A DNA stretch of 64,000 nucleotides, taken from positions 3,513-67,512 of IMG/VR virus record IMGVR_UViG_3300024581_003939; one strand, 5' to 3'. Shown in pieces: positions 48,532 to 58,800 of this stretch. Positions within the stretch are counted from its first letter, which is position 1, and each line of letters starts with the position of its first letter. The notes under the pieces were generated by a model. That model did no database searches. It was not told where the DNA came from and saw nothing but the letters and a program-made list of their open reading frames with translations. This stretch comes from a virus. Position numbers and translations under genes: made by a program.

Positions 48532-49086
48532 TTACAGCACAACTTCAATGTCGCATTCATCAATGTCTAAACTTTCAGCTAGTCGACTTTTTCCTCCAAG
48601 CCCTTCAATTTCCATTAAAAACCAAAAAGAAACAGAATTAGCATTCAACGACTGGACAATGTTTCCAACTGCCTCAGCTGTCCCACCTGTTGCAAGAACA
48701 TCATCAACAATCAATACATTGTCTCCTCGAGTAATATCATCTTTGTGAATTTCAATTTTATCATTTCCGTATTCTAGACCATAAGATTGGTACACAGTTT
48801 CTCTAGGCAGCTTTCCTTCTTTCCTGGCAAGAACTAGGGGTAAACCAGTTTCGTATGCAAGAAGTGTTCCTAAAATAAAACCTCGCGACTCTATTGCAAC
48901 AATTTTATTAAAATTGCGTCCGTCATTTTTAATCCATCTAGCGTGAGAAGAAATAATATTTTTTAGTTCAGACTGATCTCTTAAAACAGGGGTAATGTCC
49001 TTAAACAGGATTCCCTGTTTTGGAAAGTCAGGTACATCAATAATTAACTTCTTTATTCTTTCTAGCATAAATTTATATTCGCTCAT
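48532..49086 (-). CDS. apt: adenine phosphoribosyltransferase
   Basis: ESRGF, RKEGKLP, PRPP loop VDDVLATGGT. Confidence 0.9.
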   Translation of the reverse strand: MSEYKFMLERIKKLIIDVPDFPKQGILFKDITPVLRDQSELKNIISSHARWIKNDGRNFNKIVAIESRGFILGTLLAYETGLPLVLARKEGKLPRETVYQSYGLEYGNDKIEIHKDDITRGDNVLIVDDVLATGGTAEAVGNIVQSLNANSVSFWFLMEIEGLGGKSRLAESLDIDECDIEVVL

Positions 49087-49379
49087 TTGTTCTCCTCTGG
49101 TAACTTATAATGTGAATCGCCTAGCTCATCACAGCTCTTTCGATAATCAGGGTCTAGCTTGTCTATTAAGTCCCGCATTGGCTGCAAGTATTGTATCCAA
49201 TCGTTAGTGTCTGCTGGTTTAAACTCTTTCTCTCCAAAGCAGCCAATAGATAAGTTGTGTGCACCCGCTGTAACTGTATCAATCATTAGCTTGTCTTTTT
49301 TTAGCAATTCACATAGCACAATTCTTGAAGACAGTTCTACTACAAACATTTCTTCATCTGTTAATTCTAATGTTGTCAT
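49083..49379 (-). CDS. hypothetical protein
   Basis: 98-aa ORF, AGGAG RBS. Confidence 0.6.
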   Translation of the reverse strand: MTTLELTDEEMFVVELSSRIVLCELLKKDKLMIDTVTAGAHNLSIGCFGEKEFKPADTNDWIQYLQPMRDLIDKLDPDYRKSCDELGDSHYKLPEENK

Positions 49380-49765
49380 TTTTTCTCCTTTGGAAATAGT
49401 GGATGAAGAGGATTTTTCACTTCTTGACGCTCAATCATAATTTCCAAACGCTCCAGCTGTTCTAGAAGTTCCTTTTTTTCGTGTTTGAGTTTGTGGAGTT
49501 TCCACCGATGTTCCATAACACACCACTCAAGTCCTTCTGCTTCTACAATTTCTGTTTCATTTAGTAAACATTTCCAGATTGGATCGCCTTTATAATCTTC
49601 ACCTATCTTCTCAATAAGTTCGATAACATTCTTTTCTCCAAATGTCTTTCCACCTGTGAAAGTTATCTTGTTTGAATCAACATGGCTTCTATGGATTTTA
49701 ATTCCAAATGGGTGGTTTGCTAATTTCATTCCGGGTTTTAAGTCTTTTCTAATATCAAATTTCAT
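49376..49765 (-). CDS. hypothetical protein
   Basis: 129-aa ORF, ATGA coupling. Confidence 0.6.
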   Translation of the reverse strand: MKFDIRKDLKPGMKLANHPFGIKIHRSHVDSNKITFTGGKTFGEKNVIELIEKIGEDYKGDPIWKCLLNETEIVEAEGLEWCVMEHRWKLHKLKHEKKELLEQLERLEIMIERQEVKNPLHPLFPKEKK

Positions 49766-50172
49766 TTGTCCTCCTTACTTGGAAATAAATTGTCCCTCAT
49801 TTCAGAAATGGCTTTTAGCATCTCCTCTTCACTAATTGGAAACTCTTCACCTTCTTCATCTTTGAATTTAGACCTTGCTTCCATAACCTTTGCTCTATCG
49901 AGTTCTTCACGTTTCGAATCATTAGTGCCTTCCATTATCTTGATCCATTGAACAAGCTTATCTTCAAACTCGGCAAGTTTATTGTTATAGGCTTCCGTTC
50001 CTATCTCTTCACCGGGTTCAAATCTCAACTCTGCTCCTTTGAACATCGTTAGGTCCATTGTTATTGTGCGATAAAACACACTTCTTTCCTCGTCCCACAT
50101 TGTTGGTGTGGTGGAAAGACGACTAGCGTCTATTCCTGCTCTTGTTGCTACTCTTTCTAAAAAATCGTTCAT
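49762..50172 (-). CDS. hypothetical protein
   Basis: 136-aa ORF, ATGA coupling. Confidence 0.6.
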   Translation of the reverse strand: MNDFLERVATRAGIDASRLSTTPTMWDEERSVFYRTITMDLTMFKGAELRFEPGEEIGTEAYNNKLAEFEDKLVQWIKIMEGTNDSKREELDRAKVMEARSKFKDEEGEEFPISEEEMLKAISEMRDNLFPSKEDK

Positions 50173-50393
50173 TTTTTCTTTTTTCTTCCTCGTTTTTTAG
50201 GTGGGGGTTTAACCTCTTTTTTCTCAGGTATCTTTATATGATTCTGATGTATCGTTAGTTGGAGCACGAAGTCTTTTCCTCCCTTTTCAGTTGATTTAAA
50301 AGTTACCCAACCTTCTGAGTCGCAAGAAACGACTTCGTGCTTTTTAAATCTCTTGCCAATTTTAACAGAGATCTTGTCACCCTTAGTAATCAT
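50169..50393 (-). CDS. small basic hypothetical protein
   Basis: MITKGDKIS...; AT-hook-like PKKRGRK tail. Confidence 0.55.
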   Translation of the reverse strand: MITKGDKISVKIGKRFKKHEVVSCDSEGWVTFKSTEKGGKDFVLQLTIHQNHIKIPEKKEVKPPPKKRGRKKKK

Positions 50394-51360
50394 TTTTATT
50401 TTCAAGTGTTTTTAAGAATGAAACAATACTATCTACTTCTTTCTGGCTTAAATCTTTTCCAAGCTGAATTGATGCCATAATTCGAACTGCATCTTCAATT
50501 GTTTCTACACTTCCGTCGTGAAAATATGGACCGGTATTTGTGATGTTTCGTAAAGAAGGAACCTTAAATACTTCTTTGTCTGCTGGATTACCTGTTACGT
50601 TAAATCTACCTAAGTCAATATGACCACCATCAGTTCGATAAGGTTTTAAAACACCTAGTTTTTGAAAGCTATTACCTCCAAATAGCGCGCCGTTGTGACA
50701 CGAACCACATCCAGTGGAGACAAATTTCTCATATCCTTCAACTTCTTCTTTTGTCAGATACGTTTTCCCATTTAGCCATGCATCAAATCGATCAGAGGTT
50801 ACCAAAGTTCTTTCAAATGCAGCAATTGCGTTCGCAATATTATCAAATGTAATAGGGTTTTCTTGATCAGGAAACGCTTTTTCAAATAAAGGTGGGTAAG
50901 ATTCGATACTTGAAATGGATGATTCTGCATCTTCTTTTGTTTTTGTACCCATTTCTCCTGCAGCAAGAATTGGCCCTTTTGCTTGTTCTTCTAGAGTAGG
51001 TGCACGGCCGTCCCAAAACTGTGCTACATGATATCCTGAATTAAAGGTTGAAGGTGCATTCCGTTCTACAGGTTTACCATATGCCCCTATCGAAACTTTA
51101 AGTGGTTCAGCACCGTGATGACTTAATAAGTGACATGATTCACACGACTGAGTTTTATTTCCACTCAAAGCTTTTTCTGAGTAAAGCAAACGTCCTAGGT
51201 CTACCATCTCCTTAGTATCTTTTTTAATTTTTAAATCGTCAATCGTTCCAAACATCGACTGAGCTTGAGCTTTAATCTCAATTTCTTTGTTCTCGTCTTC
51301 TGACGTAGTTTTTAGTTCTGGCTGCTGATTACATGCCATCATTAATAACGCGATATACAT
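50383..51360 (-). CDS. di-haem cytochrome c peroxidase (CcpA/MauG family), lipoprotein
   Basis: two CxxCH motifs (CESCH, CGSCH), RNAPST, QFWDGRA, VPSLRN, PYFHDG; lipobox LLMMA-C. Confidence 0.92.
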   Translation of the reverse strand: MYIALLMMACNQQPELKTTSEDENKEIEIKAQAQSMFGTIDDLKIKKDTKEMVDLGRLLYSEKALSGNKTQSCESCHLLSHHGAEPLKVSIGAYGKPVERNAPSTFNSGYHVAQFWDGRAPTLEEQAKGPILAAGEMGTKTKEDAESSISSIESYPPLFEKAFPDQENPITFDNIANAIAAFERTLVTSDRFDAWLNGKTYLTKEEVEGYEKFVSTGCGSCHNGALFGGNSFQKLGVLKPYRTDGGHIDLGRFNVTGNPADKEVFKVPSLRNITNTGPYFHDGSVETIEDAVRIMASIQLGKDLSQKEVDSIVSFLKTLENKNDY

Positions 51361-51369
51361 AGTTGCTCC

Positions 51370-51789
51370 TTAGTTACCTGTACTTCCATAACCGCCCGAT
51401 CCTCTTTCTGTCGGTGTCAGTTCATCTACTTCATTAAATTCAATCTTAGGATATGGCATAATAATTAATTGCCCAATCCTATCTCCAATTTGATATTCAT
51501 TTCTGTTAGCTGATAGAGAAAATTTCATCATGATCTCACCTCTATAGCCAGAATCGATAACTCCAACACAATTAGTTAGCATTTGCCCTGTCTTATAAAC
51601 TGAAGATCGAGGAAATAATAACCCGACATGCCAACGAGGAATCTCAACGGCCAATCCAGTGTGATATGTAAAACAACCATACTGGTCAGTTGTTACGTCC
51701 ACCGCGGTCAAATCCAATCCGGCATCCCCCTTTTTAGCGTATTTAGGGATAACTGCATCGGGGTGCATTTTCTTAATTTTAACTTTCAT
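51370..51789 (-). CDS. dut: trimeric dUTPase
   Basis: AGLDL, PRSS, GVIDSGYRGE, RIGQL, RGSGGYGSTG. Confidence 0.95.
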   Translation of the reverse strand: MKVKIKKMHPDAVIPKYAKKGDAGLDLTAVDVTTDQYGCFTYHTGLAVEIPRWHVGLLFPRSSVYKTGQMLTNCVGVIDSGYRGEIMMKFSLSANRNEYQIGDRIGQLIIMPYPKIEFNEVDELTPTERGSGGYGSTGN

Positions 51790-52105
51790 TATCTTCCTCT
51801 GTATCTTTGATTGTTTTAAAAGCTTCGTCATATAGTTTTTTCGTTTTAATAAAATTTGACAATGCTTTTCTTTCTTTCTTTTTGACTGTATTAAAATATT
51901 TTACAGCTTCGTTTTGTATGTCTTCCAGTTCTCCTGAGGGAACTTTTATAGTTTTTATATAGCTTTGTAATCCATCATATGAGATAATAGTGATCTTAAA
52001 TAGTTCGTCTTTATAAATTGACATTCTCAGTTTGATTCTTTCTACATCAGCATCTTTGTAAACGTAGTACTTTGCTGAACCTATCGATCGATACATTTCC
52101 CACAT
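51779..52105 (-). CDS. hypothetical protein
   Basis: MWEMYRSIG after GGGG RBS. Confidence 0.55.
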   Translation of the reverse strand: MWEMYRSIGSAKYYVYKDADVERIKLRMSIYKDELFKITIISYDGLQSYIKTIKVPSGELEDIQNEAVKYFNTVKKKERKALSNFIKTKKLYDEAFKTIKDTEEDNES

Positions 52106-52106
52106 T

Positions 52107-52355
52107 TCAACCCCATCCTTCCAAGTCTGCTTCAACAAAAGAATTTACCATAAGCCATCCGTCGCTTTTTAAGAAGTCACGTCTATAAAGGTTGCCTTCT
52201 TTGTCAAAAGCATAAGAAAGAAAATTGGCAAAATATCTTTTTTTATACTCTATCCATCTTGCAACATATACAGCGTTTAATTGGTTTTCTTCTCTTGCAT
52301 TTCTATAGTCACGCAAAGAATTTTCTGTTACGGGAATTAAATCTTGATCTTTCAT
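52107..52355 (-). CDS. hypothetical protein
   Basis: 82-aa ORF, GGAG RBS. Confidence 0.6.
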   Translation of the reverse strand: MKDQDLIPVTENSLRDYRNAREENQLNAVYVARWIEYKKRYFANFLSYAFDKEGNLYRRDFLKSDGWLMVNSFVEADLEGWG

Positions 52356-52365
52356 TTTTTCTCCA

Positions 52366-53277
52366 TTAGATTATATGTCCTGAATTAATTTTAATTTCAA
52401 TTTTGCAATAGTGCCCTAGTCGATCACACTTAAAGTAACGAAAAACCTCAGAAGACAAATGCTTTATGAAGTTTAGGTCATATTTTAAAGTTTCTTTTAC
52501 ATTTGATGATCTTAAAAAGAATTTTGCGTCAAGGTGATTGTCTCTAATTAAAAAATGAGCAAGACTAATACAAGAATCATCAGTGTAAATAAATCTTCTA
52601 GACTCCAAGCTTTCTTTTCTTCCATACTCATTTTTACCTTTCATTTCTAGACTGATTTTTTCAAAGACTCTGTCTTGAATATATTCATAATATTCTTTTT
52701 CTTTTTCGTATAGTAAAAGGTCTTTGTCAACATCAGAAAAGTCACCTGTATCATAATGAACAAAATTAATACCTAATACTTCATTATTTTCTTTCGTACT
52801 GGCCAAAATTGTAGATAGAGAGCTGATATCAATCATTCTGTTATTAGTAACACTATTATAATGTTTCACCAAAGACTTGACCAGCTGTTCATCCACGATC
52901 TTTCTGACAACTGTTACGTTTGGATAATTTTGGAATTCATTTGCAGCCTCTTCAAATAAATCATATAAAGATTTAAGACTAGTGATATTTTGAATTGGAT
53001 CACCGCGTTTTTGAAAACGATCAACAATGATCTTCCAATCAGGCAAACAAATAATTAGCTGATTGTTTAAATTGTGCAATTCACGCTTAAGTTGTTCAAC
53101 ATGATTAAAAGTATCTCTACCGTAGTATCTTGCGTGAATGAGCATTGACAGTGCTGACCGGTCCTGGATGTTCCATTTATAACCTGATTCTTTATGAATC
53201 ATCTCGTATAATGTTGTTTTACCAGAGCAGTCAGGACCTTCAATAAAAATATAATCAATGGGTGTGCTGTGCGACAT
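52366..53277 (-). CDS. dNMP (thymidylate-like) kinase fused to a minimal thymidylate-synthase/dCMP-hydroxymethylase-fold domain
   Basis: P-loop EGPDCSGKTT and DRS; C-terminal SRR..SC...HFLIRDNHL...RSSNV..LKYD...NSGH. Confidence 0.75.
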   Translation of the reverse strand: MSHSTPIDYIFIEGPDCSGKTTLYEMIHKESGYKWNIQDRSALSMLIHARYYGRDTFNHVEQLKRELHNLNNQLIICLPDWKIIVDRFQKRGDPIQNITSLKSLYDLFEEAANEFQNYPNVTVVRKIVDEQLVKSLVKHYNSVTNNRMIDISSLSTILASTKENNEVLGINFVHYDTGDFSDVDKDLLLYEKEKEYYEYIQDRVFEKISLEMKGKNEYGRKESLESRRFIYTDDSCISLAHFLIRDNHLDAKFFLRSSNVKETLKYDLNFIKHLSSEVFRYFKCDRLGHYCKIEIKINSGHII

Positions 53278-53281
53278 TAGT

Positions 53282-53326
53282 TACCTCGTTTAAGAATATT
53301 ATACTTAGACAAGGTATTCTTTACAT
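53282..53326 (-). promoter_or_regulatory. promoter ATGTAA-N17-TATAAT with RBS-covering hairpin
   Basis: -35 at 53321-53326, -10 at 53298-53303 in the loop; arms 53304-53316 and 53282-53294. Confidence 0.72.
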
Positions 53327-53335
53327 TGTTATGTA

Positions 53336-55756
53336 TTAATATTCTAAGAATTTATTAAACTTGTTTGGCCAAGGAACACCGTTCTGTTGAGAATAACTTT
53401 GCCATGTCGCCTTTCCTTTGAGGACATAGCTCGCCATGTTATAGAGTGTAAGTATCCATTCATTATAGCTATCTTCTCCGTCTTCTGGTTCGTCTTCATA
53501 AGTCTGCATATATGCAATAATTTCTGATAAATAGTTGTCAATATTTACAGGTTTACCGTAAGACTTGTCAAAGAGTTTTGCAAAATTAGATTCTGTTCCA
53601 CCATGAATATCTTCTTCTAACAGCTGCCCGATCTCCATATACTCGTCAGAGAAATACTCGCTCATGTCACTGACAATTGTCGGGTGGACAAACAAAGATA
53701 CGTATAAAGCTAGCCTTTCTGTTTTGGACTGCTGCTCAGTCAGGTTTTCTGTGTTCGTCTCTCCGTGCAGCCTATCTTTCTGGAGTTTTAAAATAGTTGG
53801 AGCAAATAAACTAGGTTCAGTTCTAAAAGAAAGTGTCTTTATGCCTTGCTTGTTTTCATAGTTATTAGAATTAAAAAGTACTTCTCTGTGAATTCCTCTT
53901 TCATAAGTCTTGATCATATAAACAGGGTCTAGTTTAAGATTAGACATGAAGAAATGTCCTTTTGCTACATACGCTAAAGTGTCAATCAAAGTATCAAACG
54001 ATTCTTTAGAAAGAGACTGAAAAAAGCTATTATCAGATAATCTAATTAGACTGTTTGCTGCATATGAAACCTCTGATATGCTTTCACCCGCACCATTGGT
54101 TGAAGTTTCAAGATCTCCGGAAGAATTTGTCGGAGTCATTATAAAATTGTCACTAATTGCTTCATCAACAATTTCTTTTGGGCATTCTGGGTGTGCAATT
54201 AAATTAGGTATATTTCTTCCAGTGCGGTCTGTGTATCTATCATTGCTAAATTTTTCATAAAGTTTAGTTATGCTTTCTGGGTTTAGCATGTCTTTCTTTT
54301 TAACAATAGAGTGAAGTAAAATAGCTCTTTGCGGATCTCTAGAGTGATAATCTGTTGCATACGTATAATTATCATTGACTACATCATCAACCATTTCACT
54401 AAAGAGTTCAGGAGAGATTGGTCTTACAGCACTGTTGGATCTTAACATGTTCCACATGTAAAACCCAGATGCTTTACCTCCAGAAGACTGCTTTTCATAA
54501 TGATAAAGATCAGTTATTAGACCGGAAGGAAGTGGAAGATTGTATGACTTAATTAATTCGTCTATATCTCCTGTTTGGATAGCAGCTTGAGTTGCTCTTG
54601 CTGTCTTCCCAAATCTTATACCTACCCCTCTAATTCTTTTATGAGGATCTTTGATCATTTCAATAATAATGTCTTCGTTTTGTGTATGAACTGCAATTTC
54701 TCTGGCTTCTTGAACAAAAAGTGCAATATCATTTTCAGACTGGTGTGCTTCTCTCATTGCCTGATATTGCTCAAGACTGATCGATTTATAATATTCCTTT
54801 GGGTTAATTTCCTTTCTTTCTGGATTGTTTTTAACATCATTTTCAATCAAACTAAAGAGTCGCTGACCAATAATGTTTATTACACTCTCTTTAGAAATAG
54901 GTTGATTATTTCCGTCAACAGTTGCGTGACTACCGTCTTTTAAGGCAACATAGTCTCCTTTCTTTATAAAACTTAAACAAAATTTTCTTTCTGGGGCATT
55001 TGGGTCGTAGTCATTAACACGTGTCAAGTAATACATGTGCAAGTTCATTTTTTGATGGTAGTTAAGAAACATGTTTCCAGCACCATCAATTGTGGTGCAC
55101 CAACTCATCTCACCTAATTGTGCTTTTTCTTCAGGCGAGTTTGGATTAAGATACTCATAATTAGGACCCATTCTTCCTAAAGCTATTGATCCCTTGTAAG
55201 TTTTAGGATAAGCAACAAAGTAAGGATTGCCAGATGATGGCATTGCAACCACTTCGAATTCTGAAGTTCGCCCATTGATTCCATCTGTAATTACACGATT
55301 AAGAATATCTGATCTTTTTCCTACCCCTGATCCACTTTCTATGTATTGCATTGCTTCGTCATATGTTAGTGTTGTGTTGTCAGGCTGACTGACGTCAATT
55401 TTTGGAAGGATGTCGATCATTTGACCACCGGTACCTCTCATAGCCCTAGGCGGTAAATCACCTCTGCGCGCGTTGCTAACAATTTTGTTGAGTATTTCTT
55501 CGCCACCTTGTGATATGTCACCTAGACTATGTCCTTGATTTGCACTAAGCGTGTTAAAGAGTATTTTTCCCATAATAGGGTCGTTAAAAGGGTATACCCA
55601 GTCTTTGTCAAAGACGTATCTATTGAAATCGCTCTGTGTGATCTGACCTTTTTGTATAAAATGATTAAAGGCTTTTTTCTTTATTTCAAAGATAAGCTCA
55701 GGTCCTCTTAAATAATTTTCAATTACTAACTTTAATTGTCTTTTTGTAATTTTCAT
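53336..55756 (-). CDS. WCT-motif family protein, paralog C
   Basis: MKITKRQLKLVIENYL; MSWCTTIDGAGNMFLNY. Confidence 0.75.
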   Translation of the reverse strand: MKITKRQLKLVIENYLRGPELIFEIKKKAFNHFIQKGQITQSDFNRYVFDKDWVYPFNDPIMGKILFNTLSANQGHSLGDISQGGEEILNKIVSNARRGDLPPRAMRGTGGQMIDILPKIDVSQPDNTTLTYDEAMQYIESGSGVGKRSDILNRVITDGINGRTSEFEVVAMPSSGNPYFVAYPKTYKGSIALGRMGPNYEYLNPNSPEEKAQLGEMSWCTTIDGAGNMFLNYHQKMNLHMYYLTRVNDYDPNAPERKFCLSFIKKGDYVALKDGSHATVDGNNQPISKESVINIIGQRLFSLIENDVKNNPERKEINPKEYYKSISLEQYQAMREAHQSENDIALFVQEAREIAVHTQNEDIIIEMIKDPHKRIRGVGIRFGKTARATQAAIQTGDIDELIKSYNLPLPSGLITDLYHYEKQSSGGKASGFYMWNMLRSNSAVRPISPELFSEMVDDVVNDNYTYATDYHSRDPQRAILLHSIVKKKDMLNPESITKLYEKFSNDRYTDRTGRNIPNLIAHPECPKEIVDEAISDNFIMTPTNSSGDLETSTNGAGESISEVSYAANSLIRLSDNSFFQSLSKESFDTLIDTLAYVAKGHFFMSNLKLDPVYMIKTYERGIHREVLFNSNNYENKQGIKTLSFRTEPSLFAPTILKLQKDRLHGETNTENLTEQQSKTERLALYVSLFVHPTIVSDMSEYFSDEYMEIGQLLEEDIHGGTESNFAKLFDKSYGKPVNIDNYLSEIIAYMQTYEDEPEDGEDSYNEWILTLYNMASYVLKGKATWQSYSQQNGVPWPNKFNKFLEY

Positions 55757-55873
55757 AATTTCCTTCATCTTTAAGCTGTTTTAAACACGGGTAGATCATA
55801 ACCACGAGTGTAGTCTTCACCTTGCACGGCCACTTTGTAAGCTATTTGTTACTAACAAATATAACATATATAT

Positions 55874-58800
55874 TTAATCTGTAACTAAAGGTCTAATTTT
55901 TCTTGAACTAGTGCTAGCACCCCAGTTAGGATCATTAGACGCTTCTGTCAACCAGATTGAATATGGCACCATCGATTCAGGTTTTTCACCCCACATTCTT
56001 AACCAACCTGTGTTATTTTCGTAATCAGTAATCTTAAGTCGATAAAAAGTCTTTTTGTTTTTTGTTGTCTTTTTAATCATGTCAACAATACAACACCAGG
56101 CGATACATTTTTCACCAGGAAGCATATTAAGAACGGATTTTACTCCTGCTGATCGAATCTTTTCCATCATTTCGTCAGGAAAGGCCAGATCATCACGAGT
56201 TGCTGAGCAAAGATCTTGATACATTGTGAGTTTATCAATTCGACCCCAGTCTTCTGTACCTCTTGTTTCATCTATTAAAACTGGTAATATTTCAGGGGCG
56301 TTTTCTTTCTTTGCTTTACGGGCTGTCATACCCCATTTACTTTTCTTGAGATTGGAATAGTTGTCAATAATGATATTATAGAGCTGCTTATGATTATCAA
56401 TTGTACCATCCCACATTTCTTGTAATCCATTAAATGCTTCTACTTGACACAGAGACGCAAACCCTGTTTTATTAAGTTTGGAATGTCGCCATTTGCCATC
56501 ATCATCAAACAACATGCTTGCAACTGATTCATATGGTCGATTTTGCATAATTTCAACAACTGCTGTTTTTCCTACCCCTTTAATTGAAGTTAAAGGAGGG
56601 ATAAATGCCTGTTTCTTTTCAGACCACTGCCAGTAAGTACCTGATTCATTAACATCAGGAAGAGCCACACGATAACCCATTTCTTTAATTTCGGCAATTG
56701 CTTTTGATAGTGCATTTGGATTATTGTTTTCAGACTCAAGAATTGTGCCTAGCCAGTCAGTTTCATAGTATGTGTGTAACCAAGCAGCGTAATAAGAGCC
56801 GATAGCATAAGCAATCGCATGCGATTTATTAAAGCCGTAAACTGAGAAGAATTCGATCCGTTCCCACAACTCTTGTGAAACATGTTCAGGTACACCATTG
56901 ATTTCTTTTGCGCCGGTCACAAATTTAATGCGAGCTTCTTCACGTTCATCGCCTTTTTTGCCCATAGTATCAAGAGACTTCTTAACCAGCGTCTTGCGAA
57001 GTTTATCGGATTCAGCAGGCGTGAAACCTCCTAGCTTCTGCGCAAGAAGCATGAACTGCTCTTGGAATGTTACGTGGCCAAAGGTTGGTCCAAGAATATC
57101 CTTGATGATTGGATGTTCATAGTGAATTTCATCAGCACGAAGTTTGTCTTTTACATATTTCTTATGCACATTTGCACGAAGAGGACCAGGACGATAGATT
57201 GCAGTTAGCGCTGCCAATTCTTCAATATTAGTTGGTTTGGCATCTTCACAGAAACGACGAGCACCTTCAGCTGTAAACTGAAATACGCCTACTTTTCGAC
57301 GCTGATGATAAACATGCTTCCAAACTTCTTCATCATCTTGATCGACATATCGACAGTTAAGATGCTTATCAAACCAGTCGCGTATCTCTAAGAATGTAGG
57401 CTCTTTACCTGTTTCACGTGTTAAGATCCGCTTAATACAGTTTTCAACATCTTTTAATAGTGTTAGGCCAAGAAAGTCAAACTTAATAAAGCCGTTATCT
57501 TCGAGATTACGGAAGTTCATACCTTCAGTCCAGGGTGTTTGTAATTCACCACGCACGCCAATAATAGGCATTGATTGTTCTAGGTCACGAGGAGGACCAA
57601 TAATAACCCCACCAGCGTGTCGACCAATCGAGCGGTTCTGCATGAATAGAGCTTCGATATGATCCTTTACTTTTGGATATTTTTCCATGAATTCACGATA
57701 TCCTTTAGAGAATTGCATGCAATCTTCATGCTTAAGAACGAATACAGACTTCTCAGTATTTTCATCACGTGCTTGTGACATAACCTCATCTTGTAGTGGG
57801 CCGGTCATTTTATTTACTTCACCAAAGTCGACACCATAAAACTTGGCGATATCCTTAACCAAGGACTTGAGTTTAAGCGTGTTAAAGTTGGATACAGGAA
57901 TTACTGCTTCGTCACCATACAGCTCTCTAGCTGCATTGATTAGTGCATCACGGTCACCAGCATCAGAGTCGATATCGGGCCACGAAGTACGATGGCGACC
58001 TAGGAAGCGCTCCCATAGCAAGTCGTATTTAAGAGGATCGACCTGCGTAATACCTAACAAGAAGTTTACAAGTGAACCACCACCAGAACCACGTGCTGCG
58101 CCAAATAGAGTATGATCAGCAGCTTTATGGAATACCTCATTCATTACTAAGAAGTAGTTTTCGAATCCGAGGAATTTGATGTCTTCGAGTTCTGCTTTTG
58201 TTCTTTCAACATACTCAGGTTTCGTATGAAGTCCTTCCTTAACGAGTGCCTCTTTAACTTTTTGCGCAAGCTGTTGAAAAGCAGATTGGTTAGGGTTGTT
58301 GAAATCGGGAAGCTTAACAGAAGTATCAATCCAACAGTCTTCGCACTTCTCCCATGCAATATCGTGTGTAATTTCAATAGATTTTTTAATCGTTTCTTCG
58401 AAACCTTCATATGTGTCTTTGTATTCTTCATAATGTCGTGTAAATTCATCCCACATCTGACCTGCATTTTTTGGATACAGTTCACATTTAAGATCTTCAA
58501 ACTCCGGTAACGGACTTGGGTCGTTACCCATCCACCCTAATTTTTTATAAAGTTCTCTGGCCTCCCATTTATCAGGTGAGTAATAGTGTGAGTCTGGTGT
58601 GGAAATAAGTTGTAAACCAGTTTGTTGCGCATGACGTAACATATGATGATTTACAAGATGTTGTTGTTTAAGTCGATTAAATTGCAATTCCAAATAGAAA
58701 TTGTCTTCACCAACTGCATCAACAAAACGTTCAGATAAGTATGACAGTTCTTGCTGAATTTGCTCGTCAGAAAGCTTTAAAGCATTTCCTCGCATAATGC

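Noticed and set aside
52366-52700. Calling the TS-like domain an ordinary ThyA
   Set aside because: It is too short, has Asp in place of Asn177 and Asn in place of Asp169, and ThyX is already present.
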